From Tagaea sp. (lineage in GTDB: Bacteria > Pseudomonadota > Alphaproteobacteria > CACIAM-22H2), in assembly GCA_965279525.1 (NCBI GenBank), contig CBDIIB010000004.1, positions 1,248,001-1,312,000 on the forward strand: a stretch of 64,000 nt of DNA, given 5' to 3'. The notes beneath the pieces were generated by a model. That model was given only the letters and a program-made list of their open reading frames with translations. It was not told the origin of the DNA and searched no databases. This document shows positions 19,464 to 29,259 of the stretch, in pieces. Made by a program: the position numbers and the translations under genes. Position 1 is the stretch's first letter. Each line of letters starts with the position of its first letter.

Positions 19464-19949
19464 ATGCTCGGACTATCCCTTGCCGCCTTTACCACCCTGC
19501 ACGTCATAATCAGCCTGATCGGCATCGCGACCGGCATCGTGGTCCTCGCCGCGATGATCGCCGACCGGTACGACGCGCGGATGACGGCAGTCTTCCTTGC
19601 AACCACTGTGGCGACGAGCGTCACCGGCTTCATGTTCGAGTTCGCCGGCGTCACGCCAGGACACGTCTTCGGCGTCCTTTCGCTCGCAGCTCTCGGACTG
19701 GCGCTCCATGCGCTCTATATCCGGGCGCTCGTCGGACGGTGGCGGCATGTCTACATCGCCGGCGCGATCTTCTCTCTCTACCTGAATTCGTTTGTCGCCG
19801 TCGTGCAGGCCTTCCAGAAGATCGGGTTCCTGCAGTCGATGGCGCCCACGCAGTCCGAGCCGCCGTTCCAGATCGCACAACTCGTCTTGCTCGTCGCGTT
19901 CGTGGCGGCGGGATATCTGGCGACAAAGCGATTCCGGCACTCGGTCTAG
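19464..19949 (+). CDS. Hypothetical integral membrane protein (about 5 TM helices)
   Basis: Alternating hydrophobic segments, with His in TM1 and TM3; co-oriented 21 bp after the ABC ATPase gene. Confidence 0.75.
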   Translation: MLGLSLAAFTTLHVIISLIGIATGIVVLAAMIADRYDARMTAVFLATTVATSVTGFMFEFAGVTPGHVFGVLSLAALGLALHALYIRALVGRWRHVYIAGAIFSLYLNSFVAVVQAFQKIGFLQSMAPTQSEPPFQIAQLVLLVAFVAAGYLATKRFRHSV

Positions 19950-19953
19950 CCGA

Positions 19954-20973
19954 TCAGAGCTCGATCCGTCGGCCGCTCCGCACGGATTCGTAAGCCCGGA
20001 CGATCATGGTCAGCGCCCGGATGCCGTCTTCAAGTGAAACCGGCGGTGCCTCGCCGTTTCGCAGGGCCGCAGCAAAGGCGATGGCGTTCTGGTGGTGGAA
20101 CTGCCCTTGCTTGAATCGCGGAATCAAAGGCGAAGAAATCCACTCCCGAACGGCCTGATCGCGCCTGAACGTCCGGAGGAAGGGTCCATTCGAGATGTCG
20201 CGCGACGCAAGATCGACGCCCGACAAGAGTGCGGTTCCGTTTGAGCCATAGATCTCGATCGACGTGTCCGCCGCCACGAACGTAAAACTCGCAACGACTT
20301 CAGCCGTCATGCCGTCGGCGTACTCGAACAGTGCGATCGCCTGATCCTCGACCGGCAGGCCCAGCGCCGATGATGCCGACGCAAGCACGCTCTTCGGCAT
20401 ACCGAACGTCCAGCAGAGAAAGTCGGCGGCGTGGACGCCTTCGTCGAGAAGCGCCCCACCGCCGGACCTGGCAGGATCGACGTACCAACGATTGGAAAAA
20501 TCTGCATCCAGACCATAGAAGTGGCCGTGACGGATGCGGACAAGGCCGATCCGCCCCAGTTCGCCGGAAATCACGAGCCGTCGAAGCTCGAGCGACGCCG
20601 GATCGAACCGCTTCGGAAAACTCTGCATGAACGCGATGCCGCTGTCGCGTACCGCCGTCGCGATGCGCTTGGCCTCGATCAAGTTGATCGCGGTCGGCTT
20701 CTCGCACAGAACGGAACGCCCGGCTTTCGCGGCATGCTCGATCAGCGGTGCGTGCGCCGCCGTTTCACTGCATATGGCAACCGCATCGCAGGCATCGAGC
20801 GCCCGATCGAGGTCTGCGACGAACGGCACGCCGAAACGGCTGGCTGCCTCAGCGCCACGAACCTCGTCGTCGTCCCAGATCGCCGTCAAAGCAACATCCG
20901 GCTCGGCCCGGAAGGCCTCGGCCCAGAAGTTCGCGTGATAGTGCGCGAAGCTCAGGATCGCGATCCGAATCAT
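19954..20973 (-). CDS. Gfo/Idh/MocA-family oxidoreductase
   Basis: DAVAICS...H, CEKP, RF.P, SGGGALLDEGVH. Confidence 0.92.
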   Translation of the reverse strand: MIRIAILSFAHYHANFWAEAFRAEPDVALTAIWDDDEVRGAEAASRFGVPFVADLDRALDACDAVAICSETAAHAPLIEHAAKAGRSVLCEKPTAINLIEAKRIATAVRDSGIAFMQSFPKRFDPASLELRRLVISGELGRIGLVRIRHGHFYGLDADFSNRWYVDPARSGGGALLDEGVHAADFLCWTFGMPKSVLASASSALGLPVEDQAIALFEYADGMTAEVVASFTFVAADTSIEIYGSNGTALLSGVDLASRDISNGPFLRTFRRDQAVREWISSPLIPRFKQGQFHHQNAIAFAAALRNGEAPPVSLEDGIRALTMIVRAYESVRSGRRIEL

Positions 20974-21995
20974 ATGTTCTCCACCGAAACGCGTGTACCG
21001 GCCGACGAACTGGACCGCTCGATCGCTTCGGCGATCAGGATCCCGTTCAATGCGTCGAGCGCCGTCCGCTCAGGTGGCCGGGCGCCGGTTATCCCGTCGA
21101 TCCAGCGCTGATGCTGGCACTGGCCGAACGGCGGCGTCGGAACGGCAGGTGTCTCCCACCCCTTCCCGCCGCTGAAATTGACTGCAAGCGGCCCCAGCTC
21201 GCTTCTCAGCCAGATCGTGCCTCTCGTCCCATAAATCTCGAACCGGAAACGGTCGCAGCCCTTCGCCTCGATCATCGACATCTCGTGCGATGCCGCGACT
21301 CCATTCACCATCGAATACGCCGCCCATGCACTGTCCGGATTCTCGACCGCGACACGCCGTCCGTCCGCCAACTGGCGTTCGGCGCGCAGGATTGCCGTCG
21401 TTGCTGACACGGCCGCCACGGGACCGCAGACCTGTGTCAGCAGATCAATCCCGTGCACGCCGAGTTGCAGGACGACGCCGCCGGCAACACGCGACTTCTT
21501 GAAGAACCAGTCAGCCCAATCCGGACCTGGCGTGGCGTTGCGCAGGCGGATGCTCGTCACCTCGCCGATGGTACCGTCGGCGACGAGTTCGCGTGCCATG
21601 CGGAACTCCTCGAAGTAGCGGTGCATGAAGCTGACCTGCAGATCGACCTTAGCTGCCGCTGCGGTGGCGATGATCCGCCGGCAGGCCGCACTGTCGGCTG
21701 CCATCGGCTTCTGCAGGAGAATGGCCTTGCCTCTGGCGGCGGCCTCCGCCGCGATGGCCTCATGCGTATCGTCGGGTGTCGCGATGATGACAGCCTCTAC
21801 ATCCGGCCTGGCAAGTGCAGCGGAACTGTCCACACTTGCATCTGGGATGCCATAGCGGGCGGCTGCGGCCTGTGTCTTGGCCACATCGCGCCCGACGATG
21901 ACCCGTACGTCGGCGTTCGGGACCGCGTTCAGTCCGGCAAGATGATAGTCGGCGATCGACCCCGTGCCGACAAACGCGATCCCGATGCGTGCCAT
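20970..21995 (-). CDS. Gfo/Idh/MocA-family oxidoreductase
   Basis: VGTGSIA, IATPDDTH, LQKP, GGVVLQLGVH. Confidence 0.92.
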   Translation of the reverse strand: MARIGIAFVGTGSIADYHLAGLNAVPNADVRVIVGRDVAKTQAAAARYGIPDASVDSSAALARPDVEAVIIATPDDTHEAIAAEAAARGKAILLQKPMAADSAACRRIIATAAAAKVDLQVSFMHRYFEEFRMARELVADGTIGEVTSIRLRNATPGPDWADWFFKKSRVAGGVVLQLGVHGIDLLTQVCGPVAAVSATTAILRAERQLADGRRVAVENPDSAWAAYSMVNGVAASHEMSMIEAKGCDRFRFEIYGTRGTIWLRSELGPLAVNFSGGKGWETPAVPTPPFGQCQHQRWIDGITGARPPERTALDALNGILIAEAIERSSSSAGTRVSVENI

Positions 21996-22000
21996 CCGGC

Positions 22001-23035
22001 TCAGGCCTTCCAGCGACCGGCACGGCGAACCAGCGCCGGGTCCGCCGCTGCCACCGGGTCGGAGAACGTGTAGTCGAGCGGGTGCTTGGGTGCCTTTATG
22101 CGACCAGAAGCGACGAGGTAGCCGCTCATCGACTCCATGTCCGCCACATAGGCATCGTCGAATGCCGGATTGAAGTCGTAGTCACCCCAGATCGCCTCGA
22201 CGAGGGCCTTGTCCTGCTTGGTCTGCGCCGAAACCAACTCGAGCACTTCGGCCCGGTTGGCGGCACTTGCCACATACTTCTGGCCGCGCACGAGCACGGC
22301 CATCAGCGTGCGCGTGGCAACCGGATTCTTGCGCACGAACTCCTCGCTCGCGACGAAGATCGAACGCGTTGCCGAGATGGCGGCAGCCGCGCCCTTGTTG
22401 GCAGCAAAGCCGCTGTTGGTACCCGAATGCAGCATCGTCGTGTTGCCGAGCTTCAGTGCGTTGTGTGCCCAGGGCTGCCAGCACAGAAGCGCCTGGATGT
22501 TGTTGCTGGTAAGGCCTGCAAGCTGCTCGGGCGGTGGCATGTTGACGATCTGCAGCTTGCTTTCGTCGAGCTTGTAGAGCTTGGCAAGGTTGTGGAGGGT
22601 AGCGCTGGCGGTCGAGCCCGCGAGAAGCCCGATTTTGATTCGATACAGGTCTTCGGGCTTGCTCACGTTCGCGTCATTGCGCACGATCAGCTGTTCGGCC
22701 TTCGTGGCGATGCAGTTCGTGCCAAGCACGACCGCAGGCACACCCGAATTGGCCATCGAGATCGGCGGCAGGTTGCCGGGCGTCCAAAGATGGATTTGCC
22801 CGCCGATCAGGGCCTCCCCGGCGAGCGCGCCGCTGGTGAAGCTCGGTGTCGTGATCTCGGTAAAGCCTGCCTCACGCAGCCAACCCTTCTGCATGGCGAC
22901 GATGTGCGGCGCGAAGACCGGATCGAGGCCGAAGCCGATTCCGAGCTTCGATATTTCCGGGCGTGCCTGGGCGTGAACGATTGCGGGCGACACGAGTACC
23001 GCAGTGGTCGTGGCAAGGAATGTCCGGCGATCCAT
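22001..23035 (-). CDS. NitT/TauT ABC substrate-binding protein (Tat-type signal)
   Basis: MDRRTFL twin-arginine leader, FTSG, GSTA, WQPW. Confidence 0.88.
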   Translation of the reverse strand: MDRRTFLATTTAVLVSPAIVHAQARPEISKLGIGFGLDPVFAPHIVAMQKGWLREAGFTEITTPSFTSGALAGEALIGGQIHLWTPGNLPPISMANSGVPAVVLGTNCIATKAEQLIVRNDANVSKPEDLYRIKIGLLAGSTASATLHNLAKLYKLDESKLQIVNMPPPEQLAGLTSNNIQALLCWQPWAHNALKLGNTTMLHSGTNSGFAANKGAAAAISATRSIFVASEEFVRKNPVATRTLMAVLVRGQKYVASAANRAEVLELVSAQTKQDKALVEAIWGDYDFNPAFDDAYVADMESMSGYLVASGRIKAPKHPLDYTFSDPVAAADPALVRRAGRWKA

Positions 23036-23054
23036 GGTTTGGCCCCTTCTGTTT

Positions 23055-23822
23055 CTAGAAACGGTGCCAGCGCCCCACCGTCCGGCGGATTGCCGCGGCG
23101 AGTTGCTGGTCGGCGACAAGATTCACAAGTCCGATCAGGAATATCCCGAATATCGAGATGCCAAGCTGGCCAAGCTGGCGGGCCTCCATGACGAGATGGC
23201 CCATGCCGCGTTCGGCCGCGATGAGTTCGGCCGCCACGAGCACGCCGAAACCGAGACCGAAGCCGATGCGCAGGCCCGTCGCGATGTCCGGCATCGCGGC
23301 GGGAACCGCGACCTTGACGAGCAGCCGAAGTCCGTCCACATCCATCGTGCGGGCCGCACGCAGAATCGCGGGCTGGATCGATGCCATGCCGCGCGCGGCA
23401 CTGCTGAAGACCGGGAAGAATGTGCCGAGGAAAATGACGAAGATCTTCGACGGTTCGCCGATCCCGAACCATACGATCGCGATCGGAATCCAGGCGAGTG
23501 GCGGGATCGGCCGCAGTATCTCGACGAATGGCCGGCTCACCAGTGCGACGGGACGATACCAGCCAGCGGCGATCCCCAGGGCGATTCCCGCGGAGGCGCC
23601 GAGCGAGAATCCCGCAAGGATGCGCCACAGGCTTGTCCCTACGTGTTCGGCAAGCGTGAGGAGCGGAATCGTCGACAGTGCGACAAGGATCGCCTGGCTT
23701 GGTGCCGGCATGATCGCAGGATTACGCCAGCCGAAACGGGCCGCGATCTCCCACAGGCTGACAAACAGGACGACCCCGATCAGGCCGGCGTAGCGCTCGA
23801 CGAGTCCCGGAGACCGTATCAT
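23055..23822 (-). CDS. NitT/TauT ABC permease
   Basis: LRPIPPLAWIP, WFGIGE, AARTM, AAELIAA..GMG. Confidence 0.92.
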   Translation of the reverse strand: MIRSPGLVERYAGLIGVVLFVSLWEIAARFGWRNPAIMPAPSQAILVALSTIPLLTLAEHVGTSLWRILAGFSLGASAGIALGIAAGWYRPVALVSRPFVEILRPIPPLAWIPIAIVWFGIGEPSKIFVIFLGTFFPVFSSAARGMASIQPAILRAARTMDVDGLRLLVKVAVPAAMPDIATGLRIGFGLGFGVLVAAELIAAERGMGHLVMEARQLGQLGISIFGIFLIGLVNLVADQQLAAAIRRTVGRWHRF

Positions 23823-24610
23823 TGCTGCTGGGCCTCCTGCCTTGCCTGCCACGGAACGAGCCACGCTTCGATGCGTGTCAGGACGAGCATCACGCCGAGC
23901 CCGAATCCGCCGATGCAGAACATCCCGACCATCGTGATGTCGGTGCGATAGAAGGTCCGCGCCTCCATGATCAGCGATCCCAGACCATGGATCGTTCCGA
24001 TCATCTCGGCCCCGACGATGACCATGAAGCCCACGCCAAGGGCCATGCGCGCTCCCGCCAGCAATCGCGGAAGCGCGGCCGGCAGCATCACCTGCCGGAA
24101 TATCGTGCGCGCGTCGGCGTCCATCGTGCGCGCGGCGCTGATCAGGGCCGGGTCGACGAGCTTGACCGCGGCAATGCTTGCCGACAGCATGACCCAGAAG
24201 CAACCATAGCCGATCAGGAATATCTTGGCGCCCTCGCCGGTCCCGAACCAGACGATGGCAAGCGGAAGCAGGCTCAATGTGGCGATCGACCGGCAGAACG
24301 CGACGGTCGGCGCTGTCATTCGGTCAAGCAGCGGACTGCTGCCGATCAGCATGCCGAGCGGCACGGCAAGCGCGACAGCCAGCAGGTGCCCGGTGACGAT
24401 GCGCTGGAATGTGATGCCCGCATGCGCCCACAGCGTGATGCCCTGCGGATAGCCTGTGAACGCAAGATCGACGAAGCTGCGCGCGAGCCGGCTGGGTGGC
24501 GGAAACTGGATCGGCCGCAGCCAGCCGGCTCCCACCGCGAACTCCCACAGGCCCAGGAACGCGGCGAACACGGCAAGCGGCACGGCCCAACCGGCGTGTC
24601 GGCCGCTCAT
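23819..24610 (-). CDS. NitT/TauT ABC permease
   Basis: FPPPS, WFGTGE, AARTM, LPAALP, AEMIG. Confidence 0.92.
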   Translation of the reverse strand: MSGRHAGWAVPLAVFAAFLGLWEFAVGAGWLRPIQFPPPSRLARSFVDLAFTGYPQGITLWAHAGITFQRIVTGHLLAVALAVPLGMLIGSSPLLDRMTAPTVAFCRSIATLSLLPLAIVWFGTGEGAKIFLIGYGCFWVMLSASIAAVKLVDPALISAARTMDADARTIFRQVMLPAALPRLLAGARMALGVGFMVIVGAEMIGTIHGLGSLIMEARTFYRTDITMVGMFCIGGFGLGVMLVLTRIEAWLVPWQARQEAQQQ

Positions 24611-25356
24611 GGCTCGCCCCTGAGACAGGCCCAGACCTCGTCATAGAGAGCGACGAGCTGCGGGTCGCTGCGCCGGCGCGGGCGCGGAATGTCGATGCGT
24701 CGCTCCAGCACGATGCGCCCGGGTCGTGGCGCCATCACGAGGATGCGGTCTGCGAGAATCAGCCCCTCCCAGATCGAATGGGTGACAAACACGACGGTCT
24801 TGCGGCGCTGGGCCCACACGCGCAGCAACTCATCCTGCATCTCGTTGCGCGTGATCTCGTCAAGTGCTCCGAACGGCTCGTCCATCAGCAGGATCTTGGG
24901 ATCGAGAGCCAAAGCGCGTGCGATCGCCACACGCTGCTGCATGCCGCCGGAAAGTTCGAACGGATACTTCAGTTCAGAACCCGCGAGACCGACGAGCGCC
25001 AGCAGTTCTCTCGCAAGCCTCGCCGCCTCGAGCTTGGGCACGCCGCGATTGACGGCGGCGAACTCGATGTTGCGCTGGGCCGTCAGCCACGGAAACAGGG
25101 CGCCGTGCTGGAACACCATGCCTTTGCCGGCGCCCGGCCCCGTGACGACCGTCGCATCGACGCGAACGTCGCCGGCGCTGGCCCGCTCGAGGCCTGCGAC
25201 GATATTTAGCAATGTCGTCTTTCCGCAACCGCTGCGACCCAGCAGGACGACGAACTCGTTTTCCGCAATCGATAGGTCGACCTTGCCGAGTACGGGCTGA
25301 CCGGTCTCGTTTCCGAAGCGCTTGCCCAGCCCGTTGATTTCAATCGCCGCCGTCAT
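24607..25356 (-). CDS. NitT/TauT ABC ATP-binding protein
   Basis: [30 protein letters not shown]. Confidence 0.94.
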   Translation of the reverse strand: MTAAIEINGLGKRFGNETGQPVLGKVDLSIAENEFVVLLGRSGCGKTTLLNIVAGLERASAGDVRVDATVVTGPGAGKGMVFQHGALFPWLTAQRNIEFAAVNRGVPKLEAARLARELLALVGLAGSELKYPFELSGGMQQRVAIARALALDPKILLMDEPFGALDEITRNEMQDELLRVWAQRRKTVVFVTHSIWEGLILADRILVMAPRPGRIVLERRIDIPRPRRRSDPQLVALYDEVWACLRGEP

Positions 25357-25368
25357 ATCGCCGCCGTA

Positions 25369-26343
25369 TCAGGAGATGGTGACCGACTTCGAAGCTGCTG
25401 CCGCGGAATCGAATGCGGCCTCGATGATCTGCACGGAAAGAAGGGCATCCGCGAAGGTGCAGGAGACCGGCGTGCCGCTCCGCAGCGCCATCAGGAACTC
25501 GGTCGTGATCAGCCCCTCGTTCGGCAAGGCCGCCAGTTCCTCGCGTGCCGAGCCCCGCCGGCTCTGCCAGACCATGTGCCAGCCAGTGGGCATGGCAAGC
25601 GGGCGGCGCAGCTCGATCATTCCGTCCTCGCCGAAGATCCGGATCTCGTCCCACATGTGCCAGCCTTCTTCGATGCAGGCGAACTGGCATTCGATGCCCG
25701 GGAACTCGATCTCGATGAACCCGCCGAGGTCGGCTCGCCCCGTCGGCCCCGGACGCAGTCGGCTGCGTACTTTCGTGGGGCGGCTATCGATAAGCCACGG
25801 CACGATGTCCGCCATGTGCGTGCCCCGGCCGGTGTAGGCCCCACCGCCGCCGAGGGCAGGATCTAGGAACCAGCCGGTCTTTTCGTAGCCAAGCTGCACG
25901 GTCTGCACGTGGCGGACGGCACCGATTCCACCGCTGCGGATGATCTCGCGCGCTCGCCGGCAACCGGCGTCGAGCCGGCGATTGAAGGCAACCGCATTGA
26001 GTAGCTTTCGTTCCGATGCGGCAGCGATCAGGCGACGTGCGTCGGCCGTCTTCATCACGAACGGCTTGTCCACGAGAGTCGCCCAGCCGCGCACCATGGC
26101 GTGATCGGCATGCTCCGCATGCAACATGTGTGGCGTGGTGATCAGCACTGCATCGGCGTCAGGCAGTTCGTCGAGCTTGCCGACGATCCGCGCGCCCGTC
26201 GCGCGCGCGAGATCGGCAACCGCCGGAGCCGGATACGGATCGAAGATTCCGACCAGCTTGACACTCGTGTCGGCTAGCAGCGTGGGGACGTGGTATCGGC
26301 GCGAGAAACCGCCGCATCCGATCATCGCGAAGCGCGTCGTCAT
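25369..26343 (-). CDS. Gfo/Idh/MocA-family oxidoreductase
   Basis: IGCGGFS, ITTPH..H, VDKP, GGGAYTGRGTH. Confidence 0.9.
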   Translation of the reverse strand: MTTRFAMIGCGGFSRRYHVPTLLADTSVKLVGIFDPYPAPAVADLARATGARIVGKLDELPDADAVLITTPHMLHAEHADHAMVRGWATLVDKPFVMKTADARRLIAAASERKLLNAVAFNRRLDAGCRRAREIIRSGGIGAVRHVQTVQLGYEKTGWFLDPALGGGGAYTGRGTHMADIVPWLIDSRPTKVRSRLRPGPTGRADLGGFIEIEFPGIECQFACIEEGWHMWDEIRIFGEDGMIELRRPLAMPTGWHMVWQSRRGSAREELAALPNEGLITTEFLMALRSGTPVSCTFADALLSVQIIEAAFDSAAAASKSVTIS

Positions 26344-26346
26344 TCT

Positions 26347-27105
26347 CTATTTCCTTCTATGTTCGACAGGCTCGTGCAGACTTCGACGAAACATCGCGAA
26401 CAGCCGGGCCCAGACCTGCTCTGCTGCCGGCTTGTGGTAGCAATAGCGCTCCGGAAAGGTGAAGCCATGCAATGCGCCCTGGTGAAGCTCGACACGATAC
26501 CGACCGCCGCGCGCGGCAAGCGCGGCTTCGATCGCGCGCATGTGCTCGGGCGGTGCGGTCTGGTCATTGTCGGCCCAGCCAAAATAGGCTTCCGCCGCCA
26601 GAGTCTTCGCGACCAGCAGATGGGGGGATTGCGGCGTGTCGTTGACCAGGCGGCCGCCGTGTAGAGAAGCGAAGGCAGCGACCTGCCCTGCGTGGGCGGC
26701 AGCAGCACCGAGCGCGTGGCGACCACCCATGCAGTAGCCGACTGCACCCGCCGGCAGGCGGGTTGCCGGATCGCCGGCCGCGTGTTCGAGCAAGGCCGCC
26801 GCATCAAGTGCCGTCATGGACAATGACAGCGCACTGTTGAGTTCGACCATTTTCGGGTCGAGGATGCCGTGCGCCAGCGGTGCAGGATCAAAGCTCGGGC
26901 AACCCCAGCGATAATAGAGATCGGGCAACATCGCGTAGTAGCCGGACGCCGCGCAGCGCCGTGCCATGTCGCGCAGCTCCTCTCGGATTCCAAGCGCATC
27001 CATATAGAAGAGCACTACCGGAAACGGGCCTCTCTCGTCCGGATGGACGATGAAAACAGGCATCTGCCCGTCCACCGTTTCGAGCATGACGTTGCTTTCG
27101 ATCAC
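26347..27105 (-). CDS. Dienelactone hydrolase family protein
   Basis: MDALGIR, PDLY, GYCMGG (Cys nucleophile), Asp, HGF catalytic His; GTG start overlaps upstream TGA. Confidence 0.92.
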   Translation of the reverse strand: MIESNVMLETVDGQMPVFIVHPDERGPFPVVLFYMDALGIREELRDMARRCAASGYYAMLPDLYYRWGCPSFDPAPLAHGILDPKMVELNSALSLSMTALDAAALLEHAAGDPATRLPAGAVGYCMGGRHALGAAAAHAGQVAAFASLHGGRLVNDTPQSPHLLVAKTLAAEAYFGWADNDQTAPPEHMRAIEAALAARGGRYRVELHQGALHGFTFPERYCYHKPAAEQVWARLFAMFRRSLHEPVEHRRK

Positions 27106-29243
27106 CGAGCCGCCTCCCCCGGAAGATGGACGAAGATCGGGCTCGACCAAGCAAACGCGCCATCCCACTGACGCACGCGGACCCAGTAGGCATTCCAGCC
27201 TGGCTCACCTGCCGGATCGCGGAATGTACCCTGCCAAGCCAGCGGACCGGGATCGCGCGGCAGGCGGCGGATCTCGAGTTCCCGATGCGGCTTCCTGTCG
27301 CTCAGGTATGTCGAACCAGTCGCAAGCTTGCCGACCGGGACTGATGTGGATATCTGCGCGGTCTGGACCGTGAGCATCGCGTCGTCGGGAGCGTTGACTC
27401 GCACGGTGATGCCGTCCCAGTCGCCGCCCGTCGCCGAACGCCAGTCGATCCGCTTCGGCTTGGCGGACAGGATCCCCTCGTCGGGCGTATCGAATGCGTG
27501 GCCTTCGGCATCGGCAAACTTGCCGGCCGACAGCGTGGCATGCCCGTCCCAGCACATGCGTGCCCGGGCGAAATTGCCCGGTGCAGTCGCGCCGCGCCAG
27601 GCGATCCTGACCCGATCGGAAAGCGGCGCATCCGAGGCCGTCAACGCCACCGAGTGGATGACACGGGTTCCCCGGAATATCTCCACGGCTTCAAGCGGGC
27701 TCGTTCCCTCGATGGAAATGCTGAGTACCGGCGGTATCGCAGCGTCAAACTCGCTGCCCATCGCATGTCCTTCAGCCGAGTACTCAAGCCGGATCCGCTC
27801 CCCGGTCGTCGCGTAGCAGTTCCGCGCCTCCAGTGCCTCCCAGAGGCCTTCCCGCGTGAGGCTGCGCAACGGGGACGCGACCAGGCCTCCGCGCACGTTG
27901 CGAACCGCCTGGTGACCCGGATGGCTGGCACCGGGCCTGCCATCCACGCCGTCACTGCCCGCCGTCACGCCCATCCGGTAGCCGCGTTCGAGTGCTTCGA
28001 ACATGAACCACTCCGACGTGGCATGCGTCGAATGGACTTCGATGAGCCGTTCGAGCGTCGGCTCGTGGCGGCGAAGGTCGGTCGTCCGTCCGCCGACATG
28101 AAGGGCGATCAGGGTCTTGGTGCCGCGATACCGGGCATGGAGATCCTCGGCCTGCGGCAGATCAGACGAAATATCGCCTTTATCGTCGACGTACTCGTGA
28201 CTGCAGCGCGTGATGGGAGCGGCATCGTCCGGAAAATACAGGTTCCGGTCGCCGCCCTTGGCGGTGTCGGCCGACCATTCGAGGCCGAGAAGGGAAACAA
28301 AACGGCCTGGCTCGTTGTAACGCGCGGTTACTGCTTCGGTTTCTTTCCATTCGGGTGACGAGACAAGGAAGCAGTTGGCCTGGTGACTTGAAAAATCGAT
28401 GCGCGCGAAATCGCGGGCATGGGTGAAGAAGGCGTCGATCGTCCGCGCCCCACAGCCAATCAGGCATTGGGCGTGGATGTCGCCCCAGTGGATGCGCCGG
28501 GAAGGTGTGGCCGCATGGACCTTGATCGGATTGGAGACGGCCGCAAGTGCCCCACGCGCCGAAAGACGCGCGATACCGGGCTTCTCGATGCGTGCTCGCC
28601 AGCGCAGCACGCCCGGCAAGTCAGGAAGCGACTCGCATACGGCACCGTCGATGGCCGGACGCTGCACCGGAGTCGCCGGATTGCCCCATTCGTCCTCGAT
28701 GCGGCAGGCAAGCTCGAACGCTTCGCCGGCGACGACGTCGCTGGGCGCGATCAGCACTGCCCGGCTTGCTGGCGCGCCGACGACATCGACGACAAGTTGG
28801 GCAATTTCCGTCCAATCGCCAACACCCGCCTGCACACGCACCGAGACGGCCGAGCCCTCCTCGATGAATGTCTGCGCTCGGGTTTCGAAGCGAGCCTCTA
28901 TGGCGGTCGCTCCCGGCAGCGCGTCGAGCAGGTCGAGTTCGAACACGTGATCGAACGGATGCCATTCGATCGAGCGGCGCGTGCGCCAGCGGTACCGGCA
29001 CGGATGCGATATCGAAATCGTCGTGAAGCCGGGCTGGTCTGGCGAATGGCACTGCGGGATGTCCCAATCACTGGGCCACCGTCGGATGAATGCGACGGCA
29101 CTTCCAGCCGGCAGGCCCGATGGCCCCACAAGGAACTTTGCCGTCCACGTACCTCTCATGCCTGCGACGACCGGGCTCGGGCCGTCGAGCGTTACGGATC
29201 CGGACTTCCCGCTCATGTCGATGTTGATCGCAAGGCCGCTCAT
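27102..29243 (-). CDS. DUF3604 / CehA-McbA-like PHP-fold metallohydrolase
   Basis: SNP..V, WGDIHAQ, EWS...GGDRN, HVGGR, IEVHS, GSDG.DGRPG, YATTG.RI, YWVRVRQ.DG..AWSSP; start trimmed to 29243. Confidence 0.8.
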   Translation of the reverse strand: MSGLAINIDMSGKSGSVTLDGPSPVVAGMRGTWTAKFLVGPSGLPAGSAVAFIRRWPSDWDIPQCHSPDQPGFTTISISHPCRYRWRTRRSIEWHPFDHVFELDLLDALPGATAIEARFETRAQTFIEEGSAVSVRVQAGVGDWTEIAQLVVDVVGAPASRAVLIAPSDVVAGEAFELACRIEDEWGNPATPVQRPAIDGAVCESLPDLPGVLRWRARIEKPGIARLSARGALAAVSNPIKVHAATPSRRIHWGDIHAQCLIGCGARTIDAFFTHARDFARIDFSSHQANCFLVSSPEWKETEAVTARYNEPGRFVSLLGLEWSADTAKGGDRNLYFPDDAAPITRCSHEYVDDKGDISSDLPQAEDLHARYRGTKTLIALHVGGRTTDLRRHEPTLERLIEVHSTHATSEWFMFEALERGYRMGVTAGSDGVDGRPGASHPGHQAVRNVRGGLVASPLRSLTREGLWEALEARNCYATTGERIRLEYSAEGHAMGSEFDAAIPPVLSISIEGTSPLEAVEIFRGTRVIHSVALTASDAPLSDRVRIAWRGATAPGNFARARMCWDGHATLSAGKFADAEGHAFDTPDEGILSAKPKRIDWRSATGGDWDGITVRVNAPDDAMLTVQTAQISTSVPVGKLATGSTYLSDRKPHRELEIRRLPRDPGPLAWQGTFRDPAGEPGWNAYWVRVRQWDGAFAWSSPIFVHLPGEAAR

Positions 29244-29259
29244 GCTGGGCTCCGGCTCC

